A DNA stretch of 64,000 nt. Origin: Dendrobates tinctorius (lineage: Eukaryota). Each line of letters opens with the position of its first letter. Within the stretch, counting starts at the first letter, position 1. Under the pieces are notes generated by a model. It saw only the letters and a list, made by a program, of their open reading frames with translations, was not told the DNA's origin and did not search any database. The position numbers and the translations under genes are program-made. The stretch spans positions 35,402,001 to 35,466,000 of the forward strand of contig NW_027361825.1 in the NCBI RefSeq assembly GCF_039654945.1. Direction: 5' to 3'. Shown here one piece after another: positions 1 to 13,279 of this stretch.

Positions 1-1340
1 CCGTCAGCCAGAGCTACCGGACTACTACTCATAATATCCCACATCGTCCCATCAGCCAGAGCCACTGGACTACTACCCCTAATATCCCACATCATCCCGT
101 CAGCCAGAGCTACTGGACTACTACCACTAATATCCCACATCATCCCTTCAGCCAGAGCCACTGGACTACTAATCCTAATATCCCACATCATCCCATCAGC
201 CAGAGCCACCGGACAACTACCACTAATATCCCACATAATCCCATCACAGCCGCTGGACTACTACCCCTAATATCCCACCTCATCCCGTCAGTCAGAGCTA
301 CCGGACTACTACCCCTAATATCCCACATCATCCCGTCAGCCAGAGCTACCGGACTACTACCCCTAATATCCCACATCATCCTGTCAGCCAGAGCCACTGG
401 ACTACTACCCCTAATATCCCACATCGTCCCGTCAGCCAGAGCTACCGGACTACTACCCCTAATATCCCACATCATCCCGTCAGCCAGAGCCACTGGACTA
501 CTACCCCCAATGTCCCACATCATCCCATCAGCCAGAGCCACCGGACAACTACCACTAATATCCCACATAATCCCATCACAGCCGCTGGACTACTACCCCT
601 AATATCCCACATCATCCCGTCAGTCAGAACTACCGGACTACTACCCCTAATATCCCACATCATCCCGTCAGCCAGAGCTACCGGACTACTACCCCTAATA
701 TCCCACATCGTCCCGTCAGCCAGAGCTACCGGACTACTACCCCTAATATCCCACATCATCCCGTCAGCCAGAGCCACTGGACTACTACCCCCAATGTCCC
801 ACATCATCCCATCAGCCAGAGCCACTGGACAACTACCACTAATATCCCACATAATCCCATCACAGCTGCTGGACTACTACCCCTAATATCCCACATCATC
901 CCGTCAGCCAGAGCTACCGGACTACTACCCCTAATATCCCACATCATCCCGTCAGCCAGAGCTCCCGGACTACTACCCCTAATATCCCACATCATCCTGT
1001 CAGCCAGAGCCACTGGACTACTACCCCTAATATCCCACATCATCCCGTCAGCCAGAGCTACCGGACTACTACCCCTAATATCCCACATCATCCCGTCAGC
1101 CAGAGCTACCGGACTACTACTCATAATATCCCACATTTTCCCATCAGCCAGAGCCATCGGACTACTACCACTAATATCCCACATCATCCCATCAGCCAGA
1201 GCCACCGGACTACTACACCTAATATCCCACATCATCACGTCAGCCAGAGCTACTGGACTACTACCCCTAATATCCCACATCGTCCCATCAGCCAGAGCCA
1301 CCGGACTACTACCCCTAATATTCCACATCATCCCGTCAGC
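1..1340. repeat. 48-bp minisatellite array (runs off the left edge)
   Basis: Tandem unit CCGTCAGCCAGAGCTACCGGACTACTACCCCTAATATCCCACATCATC; the 16-aa repeat ORFs are a by-product of the 48-bp period. Confidence 0.97.
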
Positions 1341-2100
1341 CTGGCGTCAGAACCAGAGGGCTGAGTGGATTTGCCCTGACTTCCATACCAATGATCCCTT
1401 TAATAGAAGCCTGGGGTGAGAATCAGGGTGCTGAGGGATTTACCCTAACTTCCGTACCGAGGATCCCTTTAAGAGGGGACTTGGGTCAGAACCAGAGCGC
1501 TGAGTGGATTTGCCCTAACTTCCATACCGGGGATCCCTTTAAGAGAGCCTGGGATCAGAACCAGAGCGTTGAGTGGTTTTGCCCTGACTTGCATACCAAT
1601 GATCCCTTTAATAGAACCGTGGGGTCAGAGTCAGAGCGCCGAGGGATTTTCACTAACTTCCATGCAGGAGATCCCTTTAAGAGAGCCTGAGGTCAGTACC
1701 AGAGCATTTGAAGGCAATTGCCCTGACTTCCATACTGGGGATCCCTTTAATAGAAGCCTGGGATCAGAATTAAAGCACTGGATCGATTTGCCCTGACTTC
1801 CATACCAATGATCCCTTTAAGAAGGGCCTGGGGTCAGTACCAAAGCGCAGAGTAGATTTGCCCTAAATTCCATACCAATGATCCCTTTAAGAGACCCTGG
1901 GGTCAGAACCACAGAGCTCAGTGGAACAGTCCTAACTTCCATACCAGGGATCCCGTTAATAGAAGCTTGGGGTCAGAATCAGAGCACTGAGGGATTTGCC
2001 CTAACTTCCATACCAGGGATCCCTTTAAGAGAGGCCTGGGGTCAGTACCAAAGCGCTGGATGGATTTGCTCTGACTTCCATACCAATGATCCCTTTAAGT
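1341..2100. repeat. ~70-bp diverged tandem repeat
   Basis: About 11 copies of CCTGGGGTCAGAACCAGAGCGCTGAGTGGATTTGCCCTAACTTCCATACC...GATCCCTTTAAGAGAG. Confidence 0.92.
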
Positions 2101-3039
2101 GGGAAGATGTGCCTATATGATGGAGGATGTGTGATGTGCATATGGGCACAGGAGGGGGGATTCATTTCTGTCATGTGCTCTGTGCTCCTTTCAGGGGGGC
2201 AGACAATGACTGGGAGCTTATGTTCCCAGGGATGCTAGATTTCCCCCACCATGTCAGTGTCTGCTGAGTTATTGTCAAGTGGGAAAACTGTTGGTCATAG
2301 CAACCAATCACAGCTCAGCTTCTTTTAACCAGCTCTGGTGAAATGAGAGATGCTTATTGATTGGTTGCAAGGAAAACTGTTGCTCATAGCAACCAATCAC
2401 AGCTCAGCTTCTTTTGAACAGCTCTGGTAAAATGAAAGATGCTTCGTGATTGTTTGGTGATACACACATACCTCCATTTTTATATATAGAGATTTATTAT
2501 GTTTGCTTATATAGCACCATCATATTCCGCAGCACTTTACAGACTATCATCTCTGTCCCCAATGCGGCTCACAGTCTACATCCCCTATCAGTATATCATA
2601 TTTATTATTACACATACCTTCGCACGCAGCTGCCAGTGTTTGTTTGAAGATAGATTAGATAAACATTAGATAAACATTTGCACTTCTGCATTATTTCCAT
2701 ATTATTATTATTTTTTTAATATATGCCGTATACATACAGTATATTTATCTGGATTATTAGTAGGTGGGTAATTAATCATTTAGATCTGGACAATAATTAA
2801 GGTAATCCCCTATCCTTACATTGCAGTGCAGCAAATCCACCTCACCCGTATCTCACCCCCGTGGCATTAAGGGACCACAGCCGGCTTACTCCAGCAGATT
2901 AGGGTCACTCACAATGATTAGGGTTTATCTCCAGGTCATAGCCCTATAGGTCGGCTGCTAGGTCTTCAACAATCCAGGGACAACTACTTCATGCCCCAAA
3001 ACTGGTTTATCCATTATCAACACTTAGGAACTAATCCAC

Positions 3040-6000
3040 TGGTAGATACTGTAAGTGTCTGATTCCTTGGGTCCCACTGATCACTAGAACAGATAAGTGC
3101 CTGATTCCTGGGGGTCCCACTGGTCACTAGAACAGAAATGCTTGATTCCTGGGGGTCCCACTGATCACTAGAACAGATAAGTGTCTGATTCCCGGGGGTC
3201 CCACTGGTCACTAGAACAGAAATGTCGGATTCCTGGGGGTCCCACTGATCACTAGAACAGATAAGTGTCTGATTCCCGGGGGTCCCACTGATCACTAGAA
3301 CAGATCAGTGACTGAATCCTGGGGGTCCTACTGATCACTAGATCAGATAAGTGACTGATTTATGGGGGTCCCCCTGATCACTAGAACACATAAGTGTCTG
3401 ATTCCTGGGGTCCTACTGAAATCACTAGAACATTCCTGGGGGTCTAGAACAGATAAGTGTCTGATTGTTGGGGGAGTCCCACTTATCACTAGAACAGATA
3501 AGTGTCTGATTCCTGGGGGTCCTACTGATCACTAGAACAGATAAGTTTCTGATTCCTGGAGGTCTAGAACAGATAAGTGTCTGATTGTTGGGGGAGTCCC
3601 ACTTATCACTAGAACACATAAGCGTCTGCTTCCTGGGGGTTCCACTGATCACTAGAACAGATGTGTCTGATTCCTGGGGGTCCCCCTGATCACTAGAACA
3701 GAAGTGACTGATTCCTGGGGGTGCCACTGATCACTAGAACAGAAGTGTCTGATTCCTGGGGGTCCCACTGATCACTAGAAGAGAAGTGTCTGATTCCTGG
3801 GGGTCCCACTGATCACTAGAACAGATAAGTGCCTGATTCCTGGGGGTCCCATTGATCACTAGAACAGATAAGTGTCTGATTCCCGGCAATCCCACTGGTC
3901 ACTAGAACAGAAGTGACTGATTCCTGGGGGTCCCACTGATCACTACAACAGATAAGTGTCTGATTCCCGGGGGTCCCACTGATCACTAGAACAGATAAGT
4001 GCCTGATTCCTGGGGGTCCCATTGATCACTAGAACAGATAAGTGTCTGATTCCCGGGGATCCCACTGGTCACTAGAACAGAAGTGTTTGATTCCTGGGGG
4101 TCCCACTGATCACTAGAACAGATAAGTGTCTGATTCCCGGGGGTCCCACTGGTCACTAGAACAGAAATGTCGGATTCCTGGGGGTCCCACTGATCACTAG
4201 AACAGATAAGTGTCTGATTCCCGGGGGTCCCCCTGATCACTAGAACAGATCAGTGACTGAATCCTGGGGGTCCTACTGATCACTAGATCAGATAAGTGAC
4301 TGATTTATGGGGGTCCCCCTGATCACTAGAACACATAAGTGTCTGATTCCTGGGGGTCCTACTGAAATCACTAGAACATTCCTGGGGGTCTAGAACAGAT
4401 AAGTGTCTGATTGTTGGGGGAGTCCCACTTATCACTAGAACAGATAAGTGTCTGATTCCTGGGGGTCCTACTGATCACTAGAACAGATAAGTGTCTGATT
4501 CCTGGAGGTCTAGAACAGATAAGTGTCTGATTGTTGGGGGAGTCCCACTTATCACTAGAACACATAAGCGTCTGCTTCCTGGGGGTTCCACTGATCACTA
4601 GAACAGATGTGTCTGGTACCTGGGGGTCCCCCTGATCACTAGAACAGAAGTGACTGATTCCTGGGGGTGCCACTGATCACTAGAACAGAAGTGTCTGATT
4701 CCTGGGGGTCCCACTGATCACTAGAAGAGAAGTGTCTGATTCCTGGGGGTCCCACTGATCACTAGAACAGATAAGTGTCTGATTCCTGGGGGTCCCACTG
4801 ATCATTAGAACAGATAAGTGCCTGAGTATTGGGGGTCCCACTGATCATTAGAATAGATAAGTGTCTGATTGCTGGGGGGTCCCACTTATCAATAGAACAG
4901 ATAAGTGTCTGATTCATGGGGTCCCACTGATCACTAGAACAGAAGTGTCTGATTTCCGGGGGTCCCCCTGATCACTAGAAGAGATAAGTGTCTGATTCCT
5001 GGGGGTCCCACTGATCACTAGAACAGATAAGTGTCTGATTCCTGGAGGTCTAGAACAGATAAGTGTCTGATTGTTGGGGGAGTCCCACTTATCACTAGAA
5101 CACATAAGTGTCTGCTTCCTGGGGGTCCCACTGATCACTAGAACAGATGTGTCTGATTCCTGGGGGTCCCCCTGATCACTAGAACAGATAAGTTTCTGAT
5201 TCCTGGGGGTCCCACTGATCACTAGAACAGAAGTGACTGATTCCTGGGGGTGCCACTGATCACTAGAACAGAAGTGTCTGATTCCTGGGGGTCCCACTGA
5301 TCACTAGAAGAGAAGTGTCTGATTCCTGGGGGTCCCACTGATCACTAGAACAGATAAGTGTCTGATTCCTGGGGGTCCCACTGATCATTAGAACAGATAA
5401 GTGCCTGAGTATTGGGGGGTCCCACTGATCATTAGAACAGATAAGTGTCTGATTGCTGGGGGGTCCCACTTATCAATAGAACAGATAAGTGTCTGATTCA
5501 TGGGGTCCCACTGATCACTAGAACAGAAGTGTCTGATTTCCGGGGGTCCCCCTGATCACTAGAAGAGATAAGTGTCTGATTCCTGGGGGTCCCACTGATC
5601 ATTAGAACAGATAAGTGCCTGATTGTTGGGGGGTCCCACTGATCATTAGAACAGATAAGTGCCTGATTGTTGGGGGGTCCCACTTATCAATAGAACAGAT
5701 AAGTGTCTGATTCCTGGGCGTTCCACTGATCACTAGAACAGATACTGTAAGTGTCTGATTCCTGGGGGTCCTACTGATCACTAGAACAGATAAGTGTCTG
5801 ATTGTTGGGGGGGTCCCACTTATCACTAGAACACATATGTGTCTGCTTCCTGGGGGTTCCACTGATCACTAGAACAGATGTGTCTGATTCCTGGGGGTCC
5901 CCCTGATCACTAGAACAGATAAGTGTCTGATTCCTGGGGGTCCCACTGATCAATAGAACAGAAGTGACTGATTCCTGGGGGTCCCACTGATCACTAGAAC

Positions 6001-7077
6001 AGAAGTGTCTGATTCCTGGGGGTCGCACTGATCACTAGAACAGATAAGTGTCTGATTCCTGGGGGTCCCACTGATCATTAGAACAGATAAGTGCCTGAGT
6101 ATTGGGGGGTCCCACTGATCATTAGAACAGATAAGTGTCTGATTGCTGGGGGTCCCACTGATCACTAGAACAGAAGTGTCTGATTTCCGGGGGTCCCACT
6201 GATCACTAGAACAGATAAGTGTCTGATTCCAGGGGGTCCCACTGATCACTAGAAAAGATAAGTGTCTGATTCCTGGGGGTCCCACTGATCATTAGAACAG
6301 ATAAGTGCCTGAGTATTGGGGGGTCCCACTGATCATTAGAACAGATAAGTGTCTGATTGCTGGGGGGTCCCACTGATCACTAGAACAGAAGTGTCTGATT
6401 TCCGGGGGTCCCACAGATCACTAGAACAGATAAGTGTCTGATTCCTGGGGGTCCCACTGATCACTAGAACAGATAAGTGCCTGATTGTTGGGGGGTCCCA
6501 CTGATCATTAGAACAGATAAGTGCCTGATTGTTGGGGGGTCCCACTTATCAATAGAACAGATAAGTGTCTGATTCCTGGGGGTCCCACTGATCATTAGAA
6601 CAGATAAGTGCCTGATTGTTGGGGGGTCCCACTTATCAATAGAACAGATAAGTGTCTGATTCCTGGGGGTCCCACTGATCACTAGAACAGATAAGTGTTT
6701 GATTGTTGGGGGTCCCACTGATCACTAGAAGAGATAAGTATCTGATTATTGGGGGTACCACTGATCACTGGAACAGATAAGTGTCTGATTATTGGGGGTA
6801 CCACTGATCACTGGAACAGATAAGTGTCTGATTATTGGGGGTACCACTGATCACTGGAACAGATAAGTGTTTGATTGTTGGGGGTTCCATTGATCACTGG
6901 AACAGATAAGTGTTTGATTGTTGGGGGTCCCATTGATCACTAGAACAGATAAGTGTTTGATTGTTGGGGGTTCCATTGATCACTGGAACAGATAAGTGTT
7001 TGATTGTTGGGGGTCCCATTGATCACTAGAACAGATAAGTGTTTGATTGTTGGGGGTTCCATTGATCACTGGAACAA
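3040..7077. repeat. 41-43-bp satellite array with higher-order duplications
   Basis: Unit GATTCCTGGGGGTCCCACTGATCACTAGAACAGATAAGTGTCT; blocks at 3425-3727 and 4371-4673 are nearly identical (offset 946). Confidence 0.97.
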
Positions 7078-7722
7078 TCACTCACCTGATGTATAGTGTT
7101 CAAGGGCCGATCCTAAAAGATCTGATTGAAATTAGAAAATAAACTACCGTATTCTCCCCATGGAAACAGTGCCTCTCCTGTCCAATGGCTACATCTGGTA
7201 ATGCAGTTTAAGGGAGCGAATTGGTGGTTAGAGCAGTGGCTAAAGTCTGATCATCAGATTTCCTTTGGTTGTATAGATATCAGTATTTTTGCAGTACTAA
7301 TATCAGGATCCATGTTAGTTGTCACATTCGATTATTTTTTTCTGTAATTTGTCATTTTTTACAGATCGAAGATGCTGAGCAAATGACAACTAGTCATCAG
7401 TTTCTGAGCAGCTAATTAGGGGATGGTAAATATGGCTTCACTTCCTCCTGTCACTCTTGCAAGAAAGGTTGTCAAAGTCTGAAGCGAGCTATTCTTCCCA
7501 AGCCTCTACACACATGCACACTCAGTTTGGTTGCGCGATCATATGTTTGCAGTAGAAAAAGGGCAGTAAGCTGCTGCCAGACCCTACTCATAGCAGCTTA
7601 TCTCCCCAAAGAACAAAAGACTATGTTATATTGAAATTCAACATGTCCCATCCCTCTATCAGCCCCATCCAGTCTGTTTACTAGTCACACAGCTTTGTGT
7701 ATTATCTTTATGGCAGCTAATA

Positions 7723-8607
7723 TGTTACCTGTATGGGTCAGTCACCTCCTTCCAGAGAACCGGTCACCTCTGAAAACCCCTAGCCAATCAAGGGAGCAGA
7801 GCTGCAGGAGGGAGAGGGTGGAGCTGTAAGGACATGGCCGATCCCCTCAGTTGCGCCCTCTCCTGCTGTGTGACCCCCTGTGCACTTCTTATGTACACGT
7901 TATGTCCCTGTAAAGTTTTATATGTGTTCTATGCTTTGTATTTCAATGCATATGTTTCTCCTTTAAATGCCATAAGAGCTAGGGATAGCAATGGTTAAAC
8001 AAGGGACTGGGTCTGCAGCCACAAGGAAGCTAATGCTTCCTCAGAACTGCTGGAATCATTGACCAGTGCAGACCTACAGACAGACGGGGCACTGCCAGAC
8101 CGCCCCAGATGGAAGAGGTCTGTTGTCCCAGGTTAAATATTACTAAGGACTAAAAGGACTACAACACAGGCTCTCTGGACTTTAGAGGGGCTTTCGCTGA
8201 AGGGGACTCAGGCACCCAGATTCCAGCGGTTGGACCACTGTGATCCTTGGCTGCTGCGGCCGTTGTGGGTACCACTGCAGCAAATGTCAGGGCGAGAGCA
8301 GGAACTCCAGTGATGAAAATTGTCTTTTATGTCCATCCTTTATCCTCTGTTCAATAAAAAGTTATGTTTTCCCTGTTGGAGTACAGCTGCATCTCTGGAC
8401 TCATAGTTGCCTAGACTGCTGTGGCCTGAGGAGAAAAGGTAACTCTGTTTGGGGGGGGAAAGACTGAATCCATTCCAGATTGCATGTACAAGGGGCCAGG
8501 GTGTCTACAGACTGTGTTTAGTGGATGAGCTCAGTCCGGACTACTACGCCAGTGCCCCGTGTCTTATAGAGCAACAGCCTGAACCAATGATGAGATACCA
8601 ATGTTAC
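7723..8607 (+). mobile_element. Possible solo LTR
   Basis: Starts TGTTAC, ends TGTTACA, internal AATAAA near 8353; no TSD found, boundaries uncertain. Confidence 0.3.
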
Positions 8608-11411
8608 AGGCCCCCTGTATGCACTGCAGCTACATTGTAGTCACCGATCTGAGTTAACATTTAGGCAAGCAGAAAAATTCTTGAGGCGAGTAAAGAGCAG
8701 ATGTTAATCCCCTATAGGTATTGATATACATATAATTTCTCAGTACCTGATTGGGAAGTCACTTTAAATGGAAAAAAAAATCTAACCGCCTGAAGCTGCT
8801 ACAAGATGGCGCTCACTGCATACACTGCCTCTATTAAGGCCTGTGAGAGCGATATAGACTTGCAGCAAGCTTCTTCTCGTGCCTTGCAGCCATTTCAGGA
8901 TAGCAGGCTGCTCTGCTAGAAGTTTGGCAAAGTCCACAATGTTAGAAGAGGAGACGCATATGTGCTAATGGCCAACATATAGTGCACCCCCTTCTGGCGA
9001 GACTCTATAACTACTTGTATGTGCGCAGTCAGTTTTACAGATCTGTACTTTATGTAAAATAGGTCATGTGGAAAATACATTTTAATAGCATAAAAATATC
9101 CTGGATAATCCAGACAGGTTTAAGAGACTAAAGAAAAACAATCAGATAAATATTCTCGTACAATTTTTATTTTTCTTATTTAATTCTGTAACAAGGTATA
9201 AGACACCCCGAAATATGCTAAAATATCTGCCGTAATAGGTGGCATCTGCTGAACATGCCACTGGACAGAACAAAATGTCTGCAACAACCCTGCCCTCTTG
9301 TGGCCAAAGTAATAATTGCAGAAAAAGTTGTAAAAATTAAAAACAAATAAATAAATCAATAAACGTTTATCAAATATACATTTATTTTATGTCAGTGTGG
9401 TCTGATACTCTCATATACAGCACAAGCACAAAGGTGCCACAGTGTAATGGGAATTGTAGTTTTGTAACAACTGGACAGCAATAAAGTAAAAATCACTTCT
9501 ATACAGACTCTCCTGAAATCATTTACCCCACTGACTACCAAAATTGTAGCGAGAAAACAAATTGTCCAGGATCAGAAAAACATGGCTGCATTCTTTCAGA
9601 AATAGCACCGTACCTGACCATGCGTGGTAGCTCAATTCAATGAAGCTGAGTTGCAATACCAGAGACAACCCATAATTAGGTGTGGCGCTGTTTTTAAAAG
9701 AAAGTAGCCATGTTTTCCTAAACCCAGACAATAAAATCCTAATGGTATGAAAAGGAAATACATTTAATCCTGGTATTTGAGTGTCTGAAAATAAAAAATA
9801 TCTAAAAAAGTAAAAAAATAATAGATTTAATATTTTCTGAAAAGAGGGAAAAAAAATACCACAAATATACAATAAGACAATAATAAAAAAAAATATAATA
9901 TATACATTTTTAAAAACTGATAAACAGATTAAATTTAAAAATAAGAATCTTAACATTTCCTAAAAGGTACATTAAAAAAACACAGTAAAAGAAATAAAAT
10001 AGAAATAAAAAATAAAATAAACTAAAAATACATTTTTTTTTTCATTTTAGGACGCTGGGTTATAAGTTACTACTGGATAGTATGCCACCAATCAATATTC
10101 TATATATTCACAGACGTAAAACAGTTAGGTCATACAAAAAAATAAAGAAAAAAATTGTAAAAAGAAGAATAAAAAAGTGATCGTTTCTCATTTATTAATA
10201 TACCATAGTAGAAAATATTTTTAAAAAATGGTCTCTGGCTATAAAAGTATAACAAAATTTGAAAAAAAAATGAAATTGACTTACATGGTCTGTATGTGGC
10301 TATCGCGATGCCGAGGTGACTTTTTTTTGGATATTCTCTGCACGGTGATGGGGTGCACGCTACACAGGAAGGTGCTAAGCTAGTGGCAGTATATTAACCT
10401 ACAAGCATGGCCGACATTTGTGAGGGCCACAAGAAGATGTCAGACTCCAATATTGAGGACTAACGGGGTCCTTGAGCCCAACGCTTCTTCTTGGGGTCAA
10501 TGATCGCAGCGGGCTGTGGTGAATGTAAGGCCATGGAGTTTGTAGACTAGTCCGCCGATTTCCTTGATTTGTCTGGAGCCACCATATCAGCCCTGCATGT
10601 GCCGCAGTGAAAGTTTCTTCTCTGAAGCAGGTCAGTGGGGTGAGGAAGGGATAATCCGAGAGATTAAAGTTACCTCTGGGAGATGAGAGGCCGATGGCGT
10701 TTTATGCTGAGCCAGCCACTCAGCCCCCACCATCAATATACCTTATAATCTACACTATATGAGTAAAAGTATATGCCCCCTGTACATGACCCCGACAGGG
10801 GCTTTTATAACACCCCATTCTAAATCCATACACATTAATATGGTCTCCTGTAAGAAGATAGTAGACACCAGTAGGGAGTCTGGTGAGAACTGGGACATGA
10901 GTGGTGGAGATATTTTACTTTATTTTTTTTGGTTATAAATCTGGAACCCCTTTAAAAATGGAATCTCCTTGACACAAGCTGCTAAATTCAGGTCCTTCAC
11001 TGGGATCTCTGGGGCTCAGAACAAAAACACTACAGTCACACCGCCATTAATTTGAAAATATTTTTGGCCACATCATTGCTGTGAATTGTGGCTGTACCTT
11101 ACGGCTACGGGACTGGGATGTGGGCACAATCTCAACGAAAACTATATCTTTTTCTCATTATCAATGTTTCGGAGTAAGCATAATGTATAAATTTCTTTCT
11201 CGAGGTTGAAAAAAAACCCTTTTTTTTTCCCTGGGCTTTTCTTTCCAGCATTAAATATACGAGGCCTATATTGATGACCTATCGGCGGGGGAGGTCTGAC
11301 ACCAGGCACCTCCCCCGATGAGCTCTTGTCAGCTCCAACATCTATCAGAGCTAACCAGGGTGTGGGCAGGAACAGTGCAGCTCCATACACAGCCTAGTGG
11401 CTATTCCCTTA

Positions 11412-11735
11412 GGCTGTGTGCCCACATAAGCATTTTTTTAAGCGTTTTTACCAGCAAAAATGCTTAAAAATCACTCAAAAGAAGCATCCCATTCATTTTA
11501 ATGCATTTTGCACTTTTTGTGCATATTGATGCATTTTTTTTCCGCAAAAAAACGCTTTGCGGTAGAAAACGCAGCATGCTCATTAATTTTGTGGAAAAGT
11601 CCGCGTTTTTAGCTATTTTCTATTTGTCTGGGGATGCGTGGAAAACGCGCAAAAAACGAGCGGAAAAAATGTGCGTTTTCTGGGAAGGAGTCCGGTTTTC
11701 ATGCAGAAATTTTCTGCATAAGTGGGCACATAGCC
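11412..11735. mobile_element. PIF/Harbinger-type MITE
   Basis: TIRs GGCTGTGTGCCCAC / GTGGGCACATAGCC; TTA TSD at 11409-11411 and 11736-11738. Confidence 0.85.
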
Positions 11736-12097
11736 TTAGTGTTAGAACCAGAGCTATTGTGACAGTCCATCGGTCATGTCGATAATCTGTGGCCCACAGA
11801 TGGCATCTCCTGTTCCTCGTTTGATAAGCTGACCTGGGGAGACATCATTATTGCGGCATGACGTACATGCAATGTCACACCGATTTATCAAAAGAAGTGC
11901 CATCACTGATGCCATCTACCGTAGCTGATAGACTGGGTCCTGCCAATCAATTCGCACCAACTCTAGTTAGGACACCATTAATCTAATATGTACGGCCAGT
12001 GACAAGTGAGCACATGCTGTCAATTCTAGCACAAGCAGATGTTTACCGATTCATCATGCCCTGGCCCGGTCCTCTATGGCTGCTGGATCAGGGCAGT

Positions 12098-12765
12098 TTA
12101 TTTCTGCACTTGGGTAACCCCAAATTTTTTATTTTTACAAGAGTAATAGGAGAAAATAGACCCTAAAATTTGCTGAACAATTTCTCCTGAGCAGGCCATG
12201 CCCCTTATGTTTGAAAAAAAAAGTATTGATTGGGCACATAGCAGGGTCCAGAAGGGAAGGAGCACAGTTTGACTTTTTGAACGCAAAAATGGCTGGAATC
12301 AAGAGCGGTTGCCATGTCGCGTTTGGAGACCCCCTGATGTGCCTAAACAGTGTAAACCACCCCACAAGTGACCTCATTTTGGAATCTAGAACCACTCAAA
12401 GAATTCAACTATGAGGTGTACAGAACATTTTTAACCTACAGGTGATTCCAAAAACTTTATAACATTTAGATGTGAGAACAAATAGTGTAATTTTTGTATT
12501 TGTTGCAAATTTGTCAGGTACACAAGGGTTAATAGGTGAAACTGGACCCTATAATTTATTGCACAATTTCTCCCGAACTCAATGCTGCCCCATATTTTGT
12601 CAGAAATTACTGTTAGGCCACACGTCAGGGCTGAGAAGGAAGGAGCGCTGTTTGGCTTTTGGAGCACACATTTTGCTAAAATAGTTTGCGAGTGACATTT
12701 GCAAAGCCCTGAAGATGCCAGAACAGCAGAAAAACACAAAAAGTGACCTCATTGTAGAAACTAGA
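12098..12765. mobile_element. Internal fragment of a non-autonomous DNA transposon (piggyBac-like anuran repeat)
   Basis: Internal repeats AAGTGACCTCATT...GAA(A/T)CTAGA and GGGTTAA, typical of TTAA-type frog elements; termini not seen. Confidence 0.45.
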
Positions 12766-13279
12766 GCAGCAGTGACTATTTTGTAACATCCACGCCGTGC
12801 TTTATTCTGGATAATTGCAAATCTGCCAGTCTAGTACCCATACATTGTGTCCAGGGTCGGTCTAGCCTGGCGGGAAATCGGGGAAATTCTCAGTGGGCCC
12901 TTGCAGTGGACCATGGAGATGGCGGGGGGAAGGAGAGAAGAAAAAAAAAAAATGCGTTTTTTAGGGGCACGGGCCCTTTAAAAGTGCAGGCATAGTCTGT
13001 GCAGGGGGGCGTGCACGCAGCGTTCATTACCTGAACCGCCGCGGCGCACGTCCCGATCAACACTGAGTAGTGTGCGCCTGTCGTCACAGACGTATGACGT
13101 CAGTGTCTTGCGCCGCAAGCGACGGGCGCACAAAAGTTAGGCGTCGACCTCTGCTAGGTCAGTGGCCATCTTAATATACGAGCGCACCGGACTGCAGAGG
13201 GAAAGGATGCCGCCCGGCGCAGGGAGTGTGGGCAGGTAAGAGGAATCTTTTTTTTTTTTTCCTTCTGTCCATGCAGCCA

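Noticed and set aside
188-6718. Many repetitive ORFs (MMWDIRGSSPVALADG; SSDQWDPQES)
   Set aside because: Translations of tandem repeats in shifting frames; no splice structure or domain
9445-9475. ZNF143-like motif TGGGAATTGTAGT as a promoter
   Set aside because: AT-rich context with no supporting motifs; resembles a common anuran short repeat
10622-10673. Putative 52-nt minus-strand intron
   Set aside because: Shorter than the usual vertebrate minimum intron size
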